The notes below the pieces were generated by a model. It saw nothing but the letters and a program-made list of their open reading frames with translations. It was not told the origin of the DNA and searched no databases. Source: Octopus sinensis (lineage: Eukaryota). From it: DNA of 64,000 nt. Made by a program: the position numbers and the translations under genes. Positions 12,939 to 25,879 of the stretch are shown one piece after another. Numbering within the stretch: position 1 is the stretch's first letter; every line of letters starts with the position of its first letter. Where the stretch lies: NCBI RefSeq assembly GCF_006345805.1, contig NC_043001.1, forward strand, positions 76,632,001 to 76,696,000, in the 5' to 3' direction.

Positions 12939-14964
12939 ATATATATACATTAAATGGCTGTGGGTGTCCAGTAGAGCAAAATAGGAATGAAAGGAGCCGA
13001 TTGGAAAAAAATGGTTGAGAACCTTTAATCTATACCACCCGAAAGGTATTTGTGGAAAATTTCATTAAAAAATATCGATTTTTTAAAAAACCTAAGAGGA
13101 AATAAAGGCGGACTGGGCACATTCATGTAGGTTTGCCTAGAGTTGTTAAGTAGATTATTAATGAACAACAATATTTGGTTAGTCATTATAACCACACTGA
13201 TATTGGTTTCAAATTTTGGTAGAAAGGCCAGCAAGTTTGGGGAAGGGGATAAATTGATTACATCGACTCCAGTGTTCAACTGGTACTTATTTCATCGACC
13301 CCCGAAAGGATGAAAAGAAAATTCGATCGCGGGAAGTATTTGAACCCAAAACATTAAACATAGATGAAAATGTTTCTCAGTGTTTTGCCCAGCATGCTAA
13401 TGATTCTGCCAGCTCGCCGTCTTAATGACCACACTAATATTGGTATTAGTTTTCATACATTTTTATTAATTTGGAACGTTTGCATTTACACATATGCAAT
13501 AGTTGAATAAATAGAACAGCATACAAGAGGTATCGAATAGATTAGGTACAAATTTTTACTGCATTAAAGAGCAAAATAGGAATCAAATTTATAATTATTG
13601 AGAACAAATTAGGTAGAAAGAAAGAACACACTTTACGACAATGCTTGCAGACATAGCTACGAGGAACACCTTAGGTCGTTCAAGGCAGAAGAAGCAGAAA
13701 AAGTGAGAACATCTATTATAGAACTGAGTGACATAGTTCCGTGTAAAACCTAGGATGGTTCTGCCTGGGCATTCATAATCCCACTTTTTATAATGTCCAA
13801 CGGATATTCTAGAAAGTTCGACCAAACTACTTGACGGTAAGCTTACAGTTTCTTTCGTTACACACTAGTCTATTTCATTAGCTGAGCCAATTTCGTGTCG
13901 GCGTTAAAGCCTTTCATGACGACAATTAATTTTCCATAGTTGGCTTTGCCGTTTATGGTAGTATTGTAGACCGTGGTCATAAGCTGGGGAAGCTGAGTGT
14001 GATATTTCAAAACTCAACAGGAGACTCGCTACAATCTCGTTACTAACCCACCAATTACTGTGGAAAGTATGATTCAATGTGTGGACCGCAAGGGATGTGT
14101 GTTGGAAATTCTAAGTCCTTTGATGTTGGCCTCCGATATACCGACATCGCTTGTGTTGGTATCGTCTATTAAGTAAAAGAAAAAAGGGCACCTTTCATAT
14201 TACTGTTAATAAAAGCACGCAGTCTATGAATTTTGAGAACATCGGTATCAAACAAATACCATGAATGAATTTAGTAGACGGAAACTGTGTGGAAGCCTGT
14301 CAGATATAAATATGTATGTATGCATGTTTGTATGTATGTACGGGTCGCCTTTTGTGTTTATGTTTGTTATCCCACACCGCTTGACAACCAATGTTTGTTT
14401 TTTTACATCCCTGTAATTTAGCAAGTGAGCGAGAGAAAGACAGAGTGGGCAGAGAGAGAACCATTAAAACGTCCGATGTTTGATTAGTCATCATGGAAAC
14501 TGCGACACCAAATAAGCGGGCCCAAAACGGCAGATGGTGCATAATAAGGAGAAAGGAAGTTTATACTTAATTATCCATAGATTTTCATTCAGTTCAGTGG
14601 AGGCCACATGAGACAAGCAATACGAAGTAGAACGTTTTAGACATCTGGCTATTTGTTTTAATCACATGATCCACCAGACTATCGTATGTTGTTATACACC
14701 GCTTGTCACCATGCGCTTTGCATCGTTTTAGCTTTCGAATGAAGCCATCCCCTGCTGACTAGGCGAACAGGTCAGCATTATTCACTCGCAAGACATTGGT
14801 CGGTCGGGTCTAAAGTAGAAGACACTTGCCCAAGGTGCCATACGTTGGGACTGAACCCGAAACCGCGTGGCTGCAAATCGAACTTCTTAACCACACAGAT
14901 ATGTATGAATTCATTCCAGTATCACTATCCTTATCGATCCTTGTGTCACACATTATGATATGTG

Positions 14965-15122
14965 GAGGTGTGACTGTGTGGTAAGAAGCTTGCTTCCCAA
15001 CCACATGGTCCCGAGTTCAGTCCCGCTGCGTAGCACCTTGAGCAAGTATCTTCTACTATAGCTCTGATTGACCAAAGACTTTCGTGTGGATTTGGTAGGC
15101 GGAAACTGAAAGAAGCCCATCG

Positions 15123-15158
<36 letters not shown>

Positions 15159-15220
15159 ATATATGCTTACCCAGCGTACCTATTCGTTTAGATTACAAGT
15201 GAAATATAAACCCTTCATAT

Positions 15221-15302
<82 letters not shown>

Positions 15303-15610
15303 TATATTTATATTAATATATTATATATACTATAGGTATATATATATGTGTGTGTGCGTGTGGTGTGTATGTGTGTATTTATGTGAGTGTGTCTGTGTTT
15401 TCCCCCACCATCGATTGGCAACCGATGTTGATGTGTTTACGTCCCCGTAACTTAGCAGTTCGTCAAAAGTGGCCGATAGAATAAGTACTTATTACAAGCA
15501 ATAGGTTCTGGGGTCGATTCTCTTCGACTAAAAAAAAAACTTTTAAGGTGGTGCTTCAGCATGGCCATACTGAAATGATTGAAACAAGTAAAAGTATAAA
15601 AGAATAAAAG
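14965..15610 (+). mobile_element. SINE family B with expanded internal microsatellite/insert
   Basis: Left half 14965-15125, right half ~15380-15610. Confidence 0.75.
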
Positions 15611-16008
15611 AATAACAAGCTCATAAAAATCACGAATGTCCAAACGAATATCGACACCAGTCTCAAATCACAAAATCATAATAACGGTACAGCGTTGTCA
15701 AATTCTGTGATTCTCAACCGGGATCCATGTGACCTCCGGCGGTGTATATAAGATTTTTGGTGGAGCCCAAGCAAGACAGTAAATTGGGGATCTACAGTAG
15801 TATTTCAAGGGTCCATGAAAAATTTTTGCTTTAGATTTATCTATTGCAAGAAACAACTAGGGGCTTTTTTAATGTTTTTTTAATGCAGTGGTCCCCAAAC
15901 ATTTTCGGGCTATTCAGGCCAACTAACCATCACAAACAGAGACCTCTTTCTGAAGCAAATTCAAAACAAGTGTATTTATATAAAACTTAACCTAAACATA
16001 TATATATA

Positions 16009-16398
16009 CTAGCAGTATCGCCCGGCGTTGCTTGGGTTTCTTTTGAACCTTTAGAATTGGAATTTTTGAAAAGTAAAAATTTTGCATTATGTAGCTTGTT
16101 ATTCTCTTTAAGTGAACATTTTCCTGGTTGAAATACACCGAAAAATGGCGGCACAGCAGTCAAAAAATCGTTAAAAAAGGGGATTTTCATAGAAAAAAAA
16201 AGCATGTTTTTGATGTAAATGAATTTTGGTGTTAAAATGGTCCGATTTGAATTTTTTCTTCTACGGAAGAAAGAGCACCTTCTTCTATCAAACTCTCAAT
16301 TTTGGTCAACTTGCGCCGCAGGGTCTCGGAGGAGATAGTGTTAGTTTAAGGCTACCAAACCTGCCATACACAGATAACTTCAGCTTTATATATAGAGA
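16009..16398 (-). mobile_element. Non-autonomous Helitron-like element (~390 bp)
   Basis: Minus strand begins A|TC at 16398 and ends with an imperfect GC-rich hairpin (CCCAAGCAACGCCGGG) then CTAG|T at 16009; same 3' end as 31126-31520. Confidence 0.7.
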
Positions 16399-16402
16399 TA
16401 AG

Positions 16403-16460
<58 letters not shown>

Positions 16461-16524
16461 GCTTCTGTCAGTTTCCGTCTACCAAATAAAACTTAACCTA
16501 ATGAGCCCATTATTTTAGTATTTT

Positions 16525-16915
16525 ACTTGTTTCAGTCATGTGACTGTGGCCATGCTGGAGCACCGCCTTTTAGTCGAGCAAATCGACACCAGCCTAGTAC
16601 TTATTCTATCGGTCTCCCTTGCCGAACCGCCAAGTTACGGGGACGTAAACACACCACCATCGGTTGTCAAGCAATGTTGGGGGTGGGGGGAGACAAACAT
16701 AGACGCACAAACATACACACACACATACATACATATATATATATACATATATATACGACGGGCTTCTTTCAGTTTCCGTCTACCAAATCCACTCACAAGG
16801 CTTTGGTCGGCCCGAGGCTATAGTAGAAGACACTTGCCCAAGGTGCCACGCAGTGGGACTGAACTCGGAACCATGTGGTTCGTAAGCAAGCTACTTACCA
16901 CACAGCCACTCCTAT
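16525..16915 (-). mobile_element. SINE family B, full length
   Basis: Reverse complement collinear with 7094-7500. Confidence 0.88.
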
Positions 16916-17449
16916 GCATTTTTGTTGAGTTTACATGAATCGCCACCCCATCACCGCCCCACTTTTCTTCAACGCTCCCTTGGAACCTTCCCACCGCTCC
17001 CAGTAGGGCAATACCGCCCACTTTGGGAACCTCTGTTTTATAGAGTTCAGCATGATTCCAGCCACTGAAACATGTTCTCTGAGAGAGTGCTGTTTCAAAC
17101 CAAGTGAATGAGTGAAAACCAAAAAAGGGATTTTCAAAGAAGTACATATAAAACTACTTTTTTAAATATCGAATGGCTATGGAAGTCCACCAGAGTAAAA
17201 CAGTAATCAAAGGGATCCATAGACAAAAAAAAAAAATGGTTGAGAACCCCTGGTCTAAAGTAATCTTGCACTTGCTCAGCGAGCTCTTATAAAGTAAAGT
17301 ATATTCAAATGCATGAAAATAAAACTTGGAAATAAAACGAGGCCTTGAACAAGTTCAAGTTTCAGTAAAATGGGATAATCGATTTGAAAAATCTATGTTG
17401 GTCATGGGGTAGACATAAGTTTACTAAATTTTATGTAAGTTTTTATCAG

Positions 17450-17830
17450 CTCTGCACCTCCGCCTTCATCACTGATTCCAACGTCTCTGATATCACCACC
17501 ACTACAAATACTATTTCCACCATCACCATCATCACCACTATCTCCACTACCACCACTGCTATCATCATCACCATCGCTATCATCACCACCACCTTCACCA
17601 TCATCTCCACCAGCTCGACCACCATCACCGCCGACTCTAACAGTACCATCACCATCACCTTCAATCGCTACCGCAACTACCATCATCATCACCACCACCA
17701 TTACTATCAACACCGCCAAGGCTACCATCACAACCACCGTCATAATCACTATCACCACTACCACGCCTACTACCACCAACGTCGTCAACACTATCAACGC
17801 TATCATCATCATCACCATCGTACTTTTTAA
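17450..17830. repeat. (CAC/CAT)n low-complexity tract
   Basis: Direct reading. Confidence 0.9.
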
Positions 17831-18119
17831 CATCACACTATCATTAGAAAGAAAGAAAGAAAGAAAGAAAAAGAAAGAAAACAAAGGAACCAACATCGAA
17901 ATTAGAAACAGTTCATAATTTATTCAAGATATGAAGAAGTGTGGAAAATTCGGAAATTTTCGAGAAAGTTCGAAAAAGTTAGAAATTTGAAGAAATCAAT
18001 GTGGAGTTCTTGGCAAATCTGATTGTATAAAATATAAAAGGAGAAAGTTCTAGGTGAAGAATAGTTGAGAATGGTCATTTATTAACTCTGTTTCTTGAGG
18101 TGGATGGTCACGAGGTCTT

Positions 18120-18520
18120 TTATACTTTTCAGTCATTAGACTGCGGCCATGCTGGGGTACCGCCTTGAAGAATTTTCGCCTGCCAAATCAAGCCTGGTAC
18201 TTATTCTATCGGTCAATATTGCCGAGCCACTAGTTTCAGGGACGTAAACAATCCAATCCCGGTTGCCCCGGTTGTCAAACAGTGGTGGGTGACAAACACA
18301 TACACATTTACAATCATAAACACGTAGATATATTCATATATATACGTGTGTGTGTGTGTGTGTGTGTACGACGGGTTTTTTTTTTTCACTTTCTGTCAAC
18401 CAAATTCACTCATAAAACTTTGGTCGATTCAAGGCTATAGTAAAAGACACTTGCTCAAGGTGCCACGCGCTGGGACTGAACCAGGAACCATGTGGTTGAG
18501 AAGCCAGCTTGTTACCACAG
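18120..18520 (-). mobile_element. SINE family B, diverged copy
   Basis: Collinear with other B copies. Confidence 0.75.
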
Positions 18521-18699
18521 TTACACTTGCGTTTATAATTTCCTAAAAAATCTCTCATTGGTAATGTGTTGATTCATTTTGAAATACTTCTTAACGTCGC
18601 TCGACGTTACACACATGAAAGGCTTGGTTCAGAGTTTGCTAATAACCAAGAATATCAAAATGAGAATATTCAGTTTTATTATTTTTGGAAGTGGAAAGG

Positions 18700-21380
18700 T
18701 GGCAAGCTGGCAGAATCGTTTTCGCGCCGGCAAATTGCTTGGCGATATTTCGTCCGTCTTTACGTTCTCAGTTCAAATTTCGCCGAGGCCGATTTTGCTT
18801 TCCATCCTTTCGGGGTCGATGAAATAAGTAGCAGTCAAGCACTGGGGTCGATATAATCGACAATCCCCTTTCCCAAATATTTCAGGCTTTGTGCCTATAA
18901 CAGAAAAGATTAATCATTGGAAATGATGAACCGGCTTGTTGTTAAGCAACAAGGCGGGTAAGGGTGATTAGGTGATGGTCTAGGGCTTAGGGGTGGGAGA
19001 ACCCAGACCTTGGAAGAAAAAAAAACTTTGGTCGTCTTGTTGTAGTCGAGGGCCCTTTGTTAACGACCGACACCACTGGGAGGTGGCCCTCGAAGTCGCT
19101 GGAAATGGAGATCTCCAGGTCCAAATTCTTGAACGGCTGATGAGCCAACAGAATCGTTAGCACACCGGGCAAAATGCTTTGCGATATTTTGTCCGTTCTG
19201 AGTTCAAATTCTGCCGAAGTCCACTTTGCCTTTCATCACTTTCAGGATCGATGAAATGTAATTTAATTCCTTCTCTCCTCAAAAAAAAGAACAAAAAAAA
19301 CTGCAAGCACTGTGCCATAATTTGAAACCACTGTCATTGACTTCCAGTGACAGTGATAGATAATATAGATAATATAATATATATATATATAGTTGAAGGC
19401 GGCGAGCTGGCAGAAACGTTAGTACGCCGGGCGAAATGCGTAGCCGTATTTTCGTCTGTCGTTACGTTGTGAGTTCAAATTCCGCCAAGGTCGACTTTGC
19501 CTTTCATCCTTTCGGGGTCGATTAAATAAGTACCAGTTACACACTGGGTCGATATAATTGACTTAATCCGTTTGTCTGTCCTTGTTTGTCCTCTCTGTGT
19601 TTAGCCCCTTGTGGGTAGTTAAGAAATACGTATTTTCGTCTGCCGTTACGTTCTGGGTTCAAATTCTGCCGAGGTCGACTTTGCCTGTCATCCTTTCGGG
19701 GTCGATAAATTAAGTACCAGTTACGCACTGGGGTCGATGTAATTGACTTAATCCGTTTGTCTGCCCTTTATTTGTCCTCTCTGTGATTAGCCCCTTGTGG
19801 GTAATAAAGAAATAGGTATTACGTCTGCCGCTACGTTCTGGGTTCAAATTCCGCCTTTCATCCTTTCGGGGTCGATAAATTAAGTACCAGTTACGTACTG
19901 GGGTCGATCTAATCGACTGGCCCCTCCCCAAAACATTTCGAGCCTTGTCCCTGGAGTAGACAAGAATATATATAGTTGGTAAATAATATAGGAGGAGGCT
20001 ACTAAATTTGCCTCAATTTGAGGAAATTGTAGTTGAATAATAGTAGAAATTTCCTTTTATCAACGATGTCCCTTGGGGTGGTTGGTTACAAGATAGTTTA
20101 GGAAGGTTTATTACTTCTTAAAAAACCTCACTTAAGGCGTTAGAGTGTTTTGAATTCTCCTCAACGTCGCTCGACGTCGCACATAGAAAAAGTTTGGTCT
20201 AGAGTTTGTTATTATCATAGAATGCAAAAATAAGAATATTCCTTTTTAATTATTATTGAAAGAAATCTTCGTTGATTGGTTGTTAATCTAGAAGGGAGTT
20301 AAAGGCGGCAAGATGAGTGACAGTCGTTAGCACGCCGGGTAAAATGCTTGGTAGCATTTCATCAGTCCTTACGTTCTGAGTTAAAATTCCGCCATCCATT
20401 CTCTTGGGGTCGATATAATCCAATCGAAATTGCTGGCCTTATGCCAAAATTTGAAATCATTATATAAGGGGGTTATTAGCAAACCTGCTTGTATGACATA
20501 CAAACTAAGGAAGTTCCAACTGAATAATAAAGAATGTTCTTTTATCTACGATGTTGGTTAAGGTTAGGGAATAAGATGTTTCAAGGCGGCGAGCTGGCAA
20601 AACCGTTAGCACGCCGGGCGAAATGCGTAGCTGTATTTCGTCTGCCGTTACGTTCTGAGTTCAAATTCCGCTGAGGTCGACTTTGCCTTTCATCCTTTCG
20701 GGGTCGATAAATTAAGTACCAGTTACACACTGGGGTCAATATAATCGATTTAACCCGTTTGTCTGTCCTTGTTTGTCCCCTCTATGTTTAGCCCCTTGTG
20801 GGTAGTAAAGAAACAGGTTAGGAAATAAGATGTTTCAGGAAGGTTTATAACTTCTCAAAAGGCTCATTAGTTGTGGTGTTGGTCTAGTTAGTATTATCTC
20901 AACATTGCACGTACGAAAATGTTTGGTCCAGAGACGCGTGGGGTGGTGCTGGTGGAATTGTTAAAGCATTGGGCAAAAGGCCTGGTGGTATTTCATCCAA
21001 TCCTTTACATTCTGAGTTAAAATTCCGTTGAAGCAGACTTTACCTTTCATCCTTTCGGGTTAGATAAAATAAGTACCAGTTGAGCACTGGAGTCGATGTA
21101 ATCAACTATACCCCCTCTATCAAAATTTCAAGCCTTATACCTGCAGAAGAAAGAACTATTGTATAATTCTCATTGCTGGCAGAATCGTTAACGCGTTGGA
21201 CAACGTGCTTAGCAGTATTTCGATTCATTACGTTCTGAGTTCAAATTCCGTTGAGGCTAAATTTGCTTTTAGTCGTTTCGGGGACGATAAAATAAGGACC
21301 AGTTTAGCATTGAGGTCGACGTAATCCACTAAACCCTTCCTCCTAAAATTGCAGGCCTGGTGTCAACATTTGAAACCATT
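18700..21380 (+). mobile_element. Cluster of ~7 co-oriented SINE family A insertions, including a trimer (19396-19970) and a monomer (20583-20816)
   Basis: Repeated GGCGAGCTGGCAG heads, GAGTTCAAATTCCG B-box, TTTCATCCTTTCGGGGTCGAT core. Confidence 0.88.
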
Positions 21381-21779
21381 ATTATTGAAAAAGTATTTGT
21401 TGATTGCTAATATAGGGAGGAGAATATAAGATCTTAGAACAAACTTTTCGATAGAATAAATTATCGACGAAACTTAGCAACGACAGCAAGATATGGTGTA
21501 TTTATAACGACTATAAAAATTGGATGACATGCAACGCTGGACGGTTCAATTCAAAGATTAACAATGGTGTTTTTTCATGTGTATCGTGCCAGGAGATTTT
21601 ATCAAGAGTTTTGGCTGTAAATCTATATTGTAATTTTGTGATAAAATGATCTACGTTGGTTTCTGTGTTACTTAATGTATGGTGGTGGGTTTGTGCTTGG
21701 TTGGTGGTTCTGTGTTGCATGATGTATAATGGCAGATTTTTTGTTAATATAATGCAGTAGTTCAATGCTACACACACTA

Positions 21780-22170
21780 TACTGAGAGTTATGTGTTACA
21801 TAATAATCCCATGTTGCACAACATTCTGAGTTACATATCTGTCCTGTGTTACATAAAGTATATTTGTAGGTCTGTGTTACACACAGAGCATTTTGGTAGG
21901 TCTGTGTTAAATAATGTATGTTAGTAGGTCTATGTTACATAATATATGTTGGAAATTCTGTATTACATAGTGTAGTTTGGTATATTTGTGTTACATAATG
22001 TATAGCCGTAGTTCTATATTGCACAATGCATGTTGAGAGTTCTGCCTTACACAGTAGTTCCGTGTTACATAACAGTTCTGTGTAATTTAAAGTATACTGG
22101 TAGGTCTGTGATGCATAATTATGTTTCTAGGTATGTGTTACATAATGTACATTGGCAGTTCTTTTGAATA
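21780..22170. repeat. Degenerate ~28-bp minisatellite (core TCTGTGTTACATAA), with more units at ~22690-22820
   Basis: Recurring TCTGTGTTACAT/TCTATGTTACAT spaced ~27-30 nt. Confidence 0.7.
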
Positions 22171-22963
22171 CCCGCACATATTGGTCGTTCTCTTTTACGT
22201 TGGTATTATTCCGTACATTCGTATATATTAATAGATTTGTGGTTCATTTATGGATACAAGAAGTTTTATAGCACATTATTGGATGTCACTTGTAATAATA
22301 ACAATAATAATAGTTGTTCGGGATGTCTTTATGGGCGTTAGTACATATTGTAGAGCTTCCATCCACCTTGAACACACTGAGGTACAGTGAATGTATCATG
22401 AGGTAGGTTGATGTATCCTTATAACACTCGTATTTTAAGCTCTGTTATTTATGCAGAACCCTTGCCTTTTGGTGCGTCGATTTCGATGTACTGTAGTACA
22501 CCCATAGATATTCCAAGCATTGCGGTACATTGGTATCTGCTTCTTTTTGTACTGTAGTACACCTAAGGATGGTCTTGGCATTATGGAAAATATATATCTG
22601 TCCTTTGTACTGTAGGACATTCATATCTGTTTTTAGTACTGTCATACATCAATAAAAGTTTGTAACAACGAGGTATGTCAGTTTCTCTTATTAGTTCTGT
22701 AGTTCATTCCGCTAAACACCTGCAGCATACTGGTAGGTCTGTACTACATAATAATGTACGTGGCGGTAGTTCTATGTTACACAATGTATGTCGAAAGTTC
22801 TGTGTTACTTAACAGTCATGTGTTGTGTGTGTGTGTGTCTGAAGGTGCAGTTTCCTTCTTGAATGTAAAAAAACTCTTTCGTATCACCACTGTACAGCCA
22901 AGTACGACCAACTACCAAACAACTGTAAGAAAGGAACCAAATAAGACGTTTATAAAGCTGTAG

Positions 22964-23316
22964 TTAGAAGGGATCTGCTTTTTTCCCTGATGAACTCTTA
23001 CTATCATCAATAATATCTGTCTGGTCTGACCAACTCACCCTTGATGGCTTTCGTACACTTTCATCAACAGTGTCGCTACCCGCTTTATGTTTGACAGTAA
23101 CAACAGCAACAGCGGGAAGAGCAGCAGCAGCAAGAACAGCGGTAGGGACATCCTCTGCAGTAATAACAGAAGTCGTAGCAGTTTTAACAGCACGATCAAC
23201 ACCGTCCTTACCACCTCCGTAATCGGAAACAGCAATAGAAGGAAGGGTAGCTGTCGAAATAGGAGGGGTGGTGGCAACATCGTCTTTATTGACGACAATC
23301 TCACTACCGTCATCCG
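22964..23316 (-). CDS. Putative terminal coding exon of an unidentified host gene (~117 aa: ADDGSEIVVN...RKPSRVSWSDQTDIIDDSKSSSGKKADPF*)
   Basis: Stop-free non-microsatellite frame ending in TAA at 22964; pyrimidine-rich acceptor TTCATATTCTTCTCTTAAAG ending at 23317; alternative in-frame ATG at 23422. No domain recognised. Confidence 0.45.
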
Positions 23317-23509
23317 CTTTAAGAGAAGAATATGAACAACAGAAAACCATGTTGACGTAGTTCCTTGTTGTGTCCATACAGTCTGGGGAATTAGATTTGG
23401 TGTCTTCATCTTCATGCAACATATTGGTAGTTTTGGTATTGGTGGATGCGTGATGTATATGTGTGTGAGAGAGGTGGAGTAGGGGTGCGTATAAATAGAT
23501 AAACAGAAA

Positions 23510-23552
23510 GACAGACAGATAGATATAGACACACAAATACAGATAGATAGAC

Positions 23553-23615
<63 letters not shown>

Positions 23616-23662
23616 AACAAACAGCTTGCTAGCTAGATAGATAGATAGTTAGATAGATAGAC

Positions 23663-23737
<75 letters not shown>

Positions 23738-23771
23738 AACAAACAGCTTGCTAGCTAGATAGATAGATAGT

Positions 23772-23861
<90 letters not shown>

Positions 23862-23930
23862 CAAACAGCTTGCTAGATAGATAGATAGATAGATAGATAG
23901 TTAGATAGATAGACAGATAGATAGATAAAC
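23510..23930. repeat. (GATA)n tract with three interspersed ACAAACAGCTTGCTAG units (higher-order ~120-bp period)
   Basis: Direct reading. Confidence 0.9.
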
Positions 23931-24494
23931 TAAAGAAGCTAATTACCCATATATGGCAATGAAACTTTGGCAAAATTCTGTTTGCTGTTTCAGTAGAAAG
24001 TGGTGTACAGCATACGATACAAAGACGTTTAAAATATATATAAATTTTTCTGATTTATCTTCTCCTTCCTGGTTGACATGAATATTTTTGTATACATCCA
24101 AGTAAGGACTTATAAATAGATATTTTTCTCAAAAAATGACTCTTTCCCTTTCTCCTATAAAGCGTTAGACTGGTAAAACATTTGGTATAGTTTGTCCGTC
24201 CTTTAGTTTAAGTCCATTGTCTTAGTTTAGGTCCATTGGTATATAATATACATATATATGTAAATATGTGTAAATTGAATGTAAACTGGATCAAGGAGAT
24301 AAACTGATAAAAATTCCAAGAGGAGCAAAGACTCTACATCCGGACATTTCACCAATGAAACATTCTAAAATCATTCGGAGATATTCGCTATCGTGACGTC
24401 TTTGGTGATGTTACTTATTAAATTCGGGATAACACACACACACACACACACGCACGCACGTACAGACACACACGCGCGCACACACACACGCACG

Positions 24495-24573
<79 letters not shown>

Positions 24574-24907
24574 GTATATATGAATGCATCTGCGTCTGTA
24601 TGCGTGCGCGTCCATCGGTTTGTGTCCTGTCTGCGCGAGCCTAACGGTTTCTTTGGCGCATGAGGCTGCTTTCTAAGAATGCCTACAGATGAGTGTGTGT
24701 GTGTGTGTGGAGGGGTGTATGTGTGTGTATGTCTGTCTGTCTTTGGATGTATACATACAAACACACACGCGTGCGCGCACGTATATGGAGAAGATATAAT
24801 ATACACATACACACACTCACACGCGCACATATACATGTAATACAAGGATATATACTCCCACACACTCAAAACATATATATGTGTGTATGAATATTTACAT
24901 ATATGTG

Positions 24908-25422
<515 letters not shown>

Positions 25423-25489
25423 TTTATATATATATATATGTATATATAATATATATATATATATATACACGCACACGCATACATTCTTT

Positions 25490-25710
25490 CATTCGTTTAT
25501 TTGTTTCAGTCATTTGACTGCGGCCATGCTGGAACACCGCCTTTAGTCGAGCAAATCGACCCCAGGACTTATTCTTTGTAAGCCTGGTACTTATTCTACT
25601 GGTCTCTCTTGTCGAACTGCTAATTTACGAGGACGTAAACACACCAGCATCGGTTGTCAAGCGATGTTGGGGGGACAAACACAGCCACACAAACATATAT
25701 ATACGTTTAT
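25490..25710 (-). mobile_element. SINE family B right half
   Basis: Reverse complement of the B 3' module. Confidence 0.8.
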
Positions 25711-25879
25711 ATATTTGATTTGCAAGATTTTTGATGTGAAATCGTGTGTTGAAACGGATATTGTTGTATTTAGGAATGGTCATTTTTGCCAGTTTAGCCA
25801 ATAAAAACACACGCACTATATATTTGGTGTTACTTTACTTCAATGTTATTTATTTTTTACATTAATCTTAATCTTATTT

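Noticed and set aside
13560-14180. Possible Penelope GIY-YIG relic ('YEEHLRSFK')
   Set aside because: Only one short motif recognisable; not supportable without a profile search
19396-19970. CRISPR-like appearance of the regularly repeated GGGGTCGAT blocks
   Set aside because: Units are whole SINE segments with non-unique 'spacers'; eukaryotic context, no cas genes
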